From an uncultured archaeon (GTDB lineage Archaea > Asgardarchaeota > Thorarchaeia > Thorarchaeales > CAZPUN01): a DNA stretch of 28,764 nt. The stretch covers positions 1 through 28,764 of the forward strand of contig CAZPUN010000031.1 in the NCBI GenBank assembly GCA_964589775.1. Direction: 5' to 3'. Below the pieces are notes generated by a model that made no database searches, was not told the DNA's origin, and saw nothing but the letters and a program-made list of their open reading frames with translations. Below, one piece after another: positions 27,899 through 28,764 of this stretch (position 1 is the stretch's first letter; every line of letters starts with the position of its first letter). The position numbers and the translations under genes are program-made.

Positions 27899-28764
27899 TT
27901 GAACGTATCGCCCGAGCTTTATGACTTCATCAAGAAAATCGTAGATGACAGAGTACGTGAAATAAAGGTCCATCGCGAAGACTTCGATAAACTTTGCGCT
28001 AAAGTAGACCGCTTGAGCGATACTGTCGATAATCTTAGCTATACTGTTGAAAATTTGAGTAAGACAGTCGATAGACTATCTGAAACTGTAAATTCGCTTA
28101 TGGTCTCAGTTCATGAACTCACAGAAGCTCAGAAGAGGACAGATACAAAGATAGCAGAGCTTATAGAAGCTCAGAAGAGGACTGATACAAAGATAGCAGA
28201 GCTTATAGAAGCCCAGAAAAGAACTGATGTAAAGATAGCAGAGCTTGTAGAAGCCCAGAAAAGAACTGATGCTGAGGTCAAAGAACTCAGACAATCTATA
28301 CGCGAACTCACAGAAGCCCAGAAAAGAACTGATGCTGAGGTCAAAGAACTCAGACAATCTATACGCGAACTCACAGAAGCCCAGAAAAGAACTGATACAA
28401 AGCTAGCAGAGCTTATAGAAGCTCAGAAGAGGACTGATACAAAGCTAGCAGAGCTTATAGAAGCTCAGAAGAGGACAGATCGCCAGATTGCGGAATTGAA
28501 CAAGAAGGTGGGGAATCTTTCGAACGAATTTGGATTGACCTTAGAGGACATTGGGCGAATTGTAGTACCGGGTTGGATCGAGAGGCATTTGGATATTTTT
28601 GTTGATGATCTTGAGCGTAAGTATATATATGTAGATAATCGTGAGGTTGAGATTAATTTTTACGGTGAAGGTCTCAAGGACGGGCGAGAGATTATAATTA
28701 TAGGCGAATCCAAGAATCGAATCTATAATAAGGATGTGAAACAATTCATCAAGAATTTAGAGCT
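27899..28764 (+). CDS. Repeat coiled-coil protein with C-terminal PD-(D/E)xK-like domain, 3'-truncated and absent from the ORF track
   Basis: Manual translation: (M)NVSPELYDFIKKIVDDRVREIKVHREDFDKL...(EAQKRTD)x8...VGNLSNEFGLTLED...EVEINFYGEG...IIIGESKNRIYNKDVKQF. Open to the window end. Confidence 0.85.
   Translation, partial: MNVSPELYDFIKKIVDDRVREIKVHREDFDKLCAKVDRLSDTVDNLSYTVENLSKTVDRLSETVNSLMVSVHELTEAQKRTDTKIAELIEAQKRTDTKIAELIEAQKRTDVKIAELVEAQKRTDAEVKELRQSIRELTEAQKRTDAEVKELRQSIRELTEAQKRTDTKLAELIEAQKRTDTKLAELIEAQKRTDRQIAELNKKVGNLSNEFGLTLEDIGRIVVPGWIERHLDIFVDDLERKYIYVDNREVEINFYGEGLKDGREIIIIGESKNRIYNKDVKQFIKNLE
28115..28492 (+). repeat. In-frame tandem repeat array, 8 units (42,42,42,63,63,42,42,42 bp)
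   Basis: Units encode EL[TIV]EAQKRTDxxxA (14 aa) or EL[VT]EAQKRTDAEVKELRQSIR (21 aa). Confidence 0.95.

Noticed and set aside
28115-28492. Possible CRISPR array
   Set aside because: Units are contiguous with no unique spacers, are multiples of 21 bp, and encode an in-frame coiled coil. No cas genes are present.
28106-28744. Minus-strand ORFs 28106-28357, 28171-28374 and 28541-28744
   Set aside because: Antisense shadows of the plus-strand coiled-coil gene and its repeats.

Overview
AT-rich archaeal chromosomal window. It is most likely from an Asgard archaeon, inferred from archaeal TBP, PolB2 and GSI together with a Rab-like GTPase and a longin-like neighbour. Housekeeping genes (purH, pyrE, tbp, Lrp, glnA, pyk, purE, a stand-alone ThrRS editing domain, TauE, MFS, HAD, GDPD, carboxylesterase) surround three accessory blocks. 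(1) A PolB2 operon followed on the same strand by a very AT-rich ABC-ATPase plus TOPRIM-like gene pair, a candidate defence or toxin module. (2) A eukaryote-like cluster at 16.1-20.8 kb: a Zn-finger protein with a probable CTG start and a Rab-like GTPase converge on a longin-like protein and a ~15-TM protein, flanked by two Zn-ribbon/B-box membrane proteins. This is the best candidate for an undescribed system. (3) At the right edge, a coiled-coil plus PD-(D/E)xK-like gene that the ORF track missed, with an in-frame 42/63-bp repeat array. No rRNA, tRNA, CRISPR array or transposase was recognised. All family calls come from reading motifs by eye; no searches were run.
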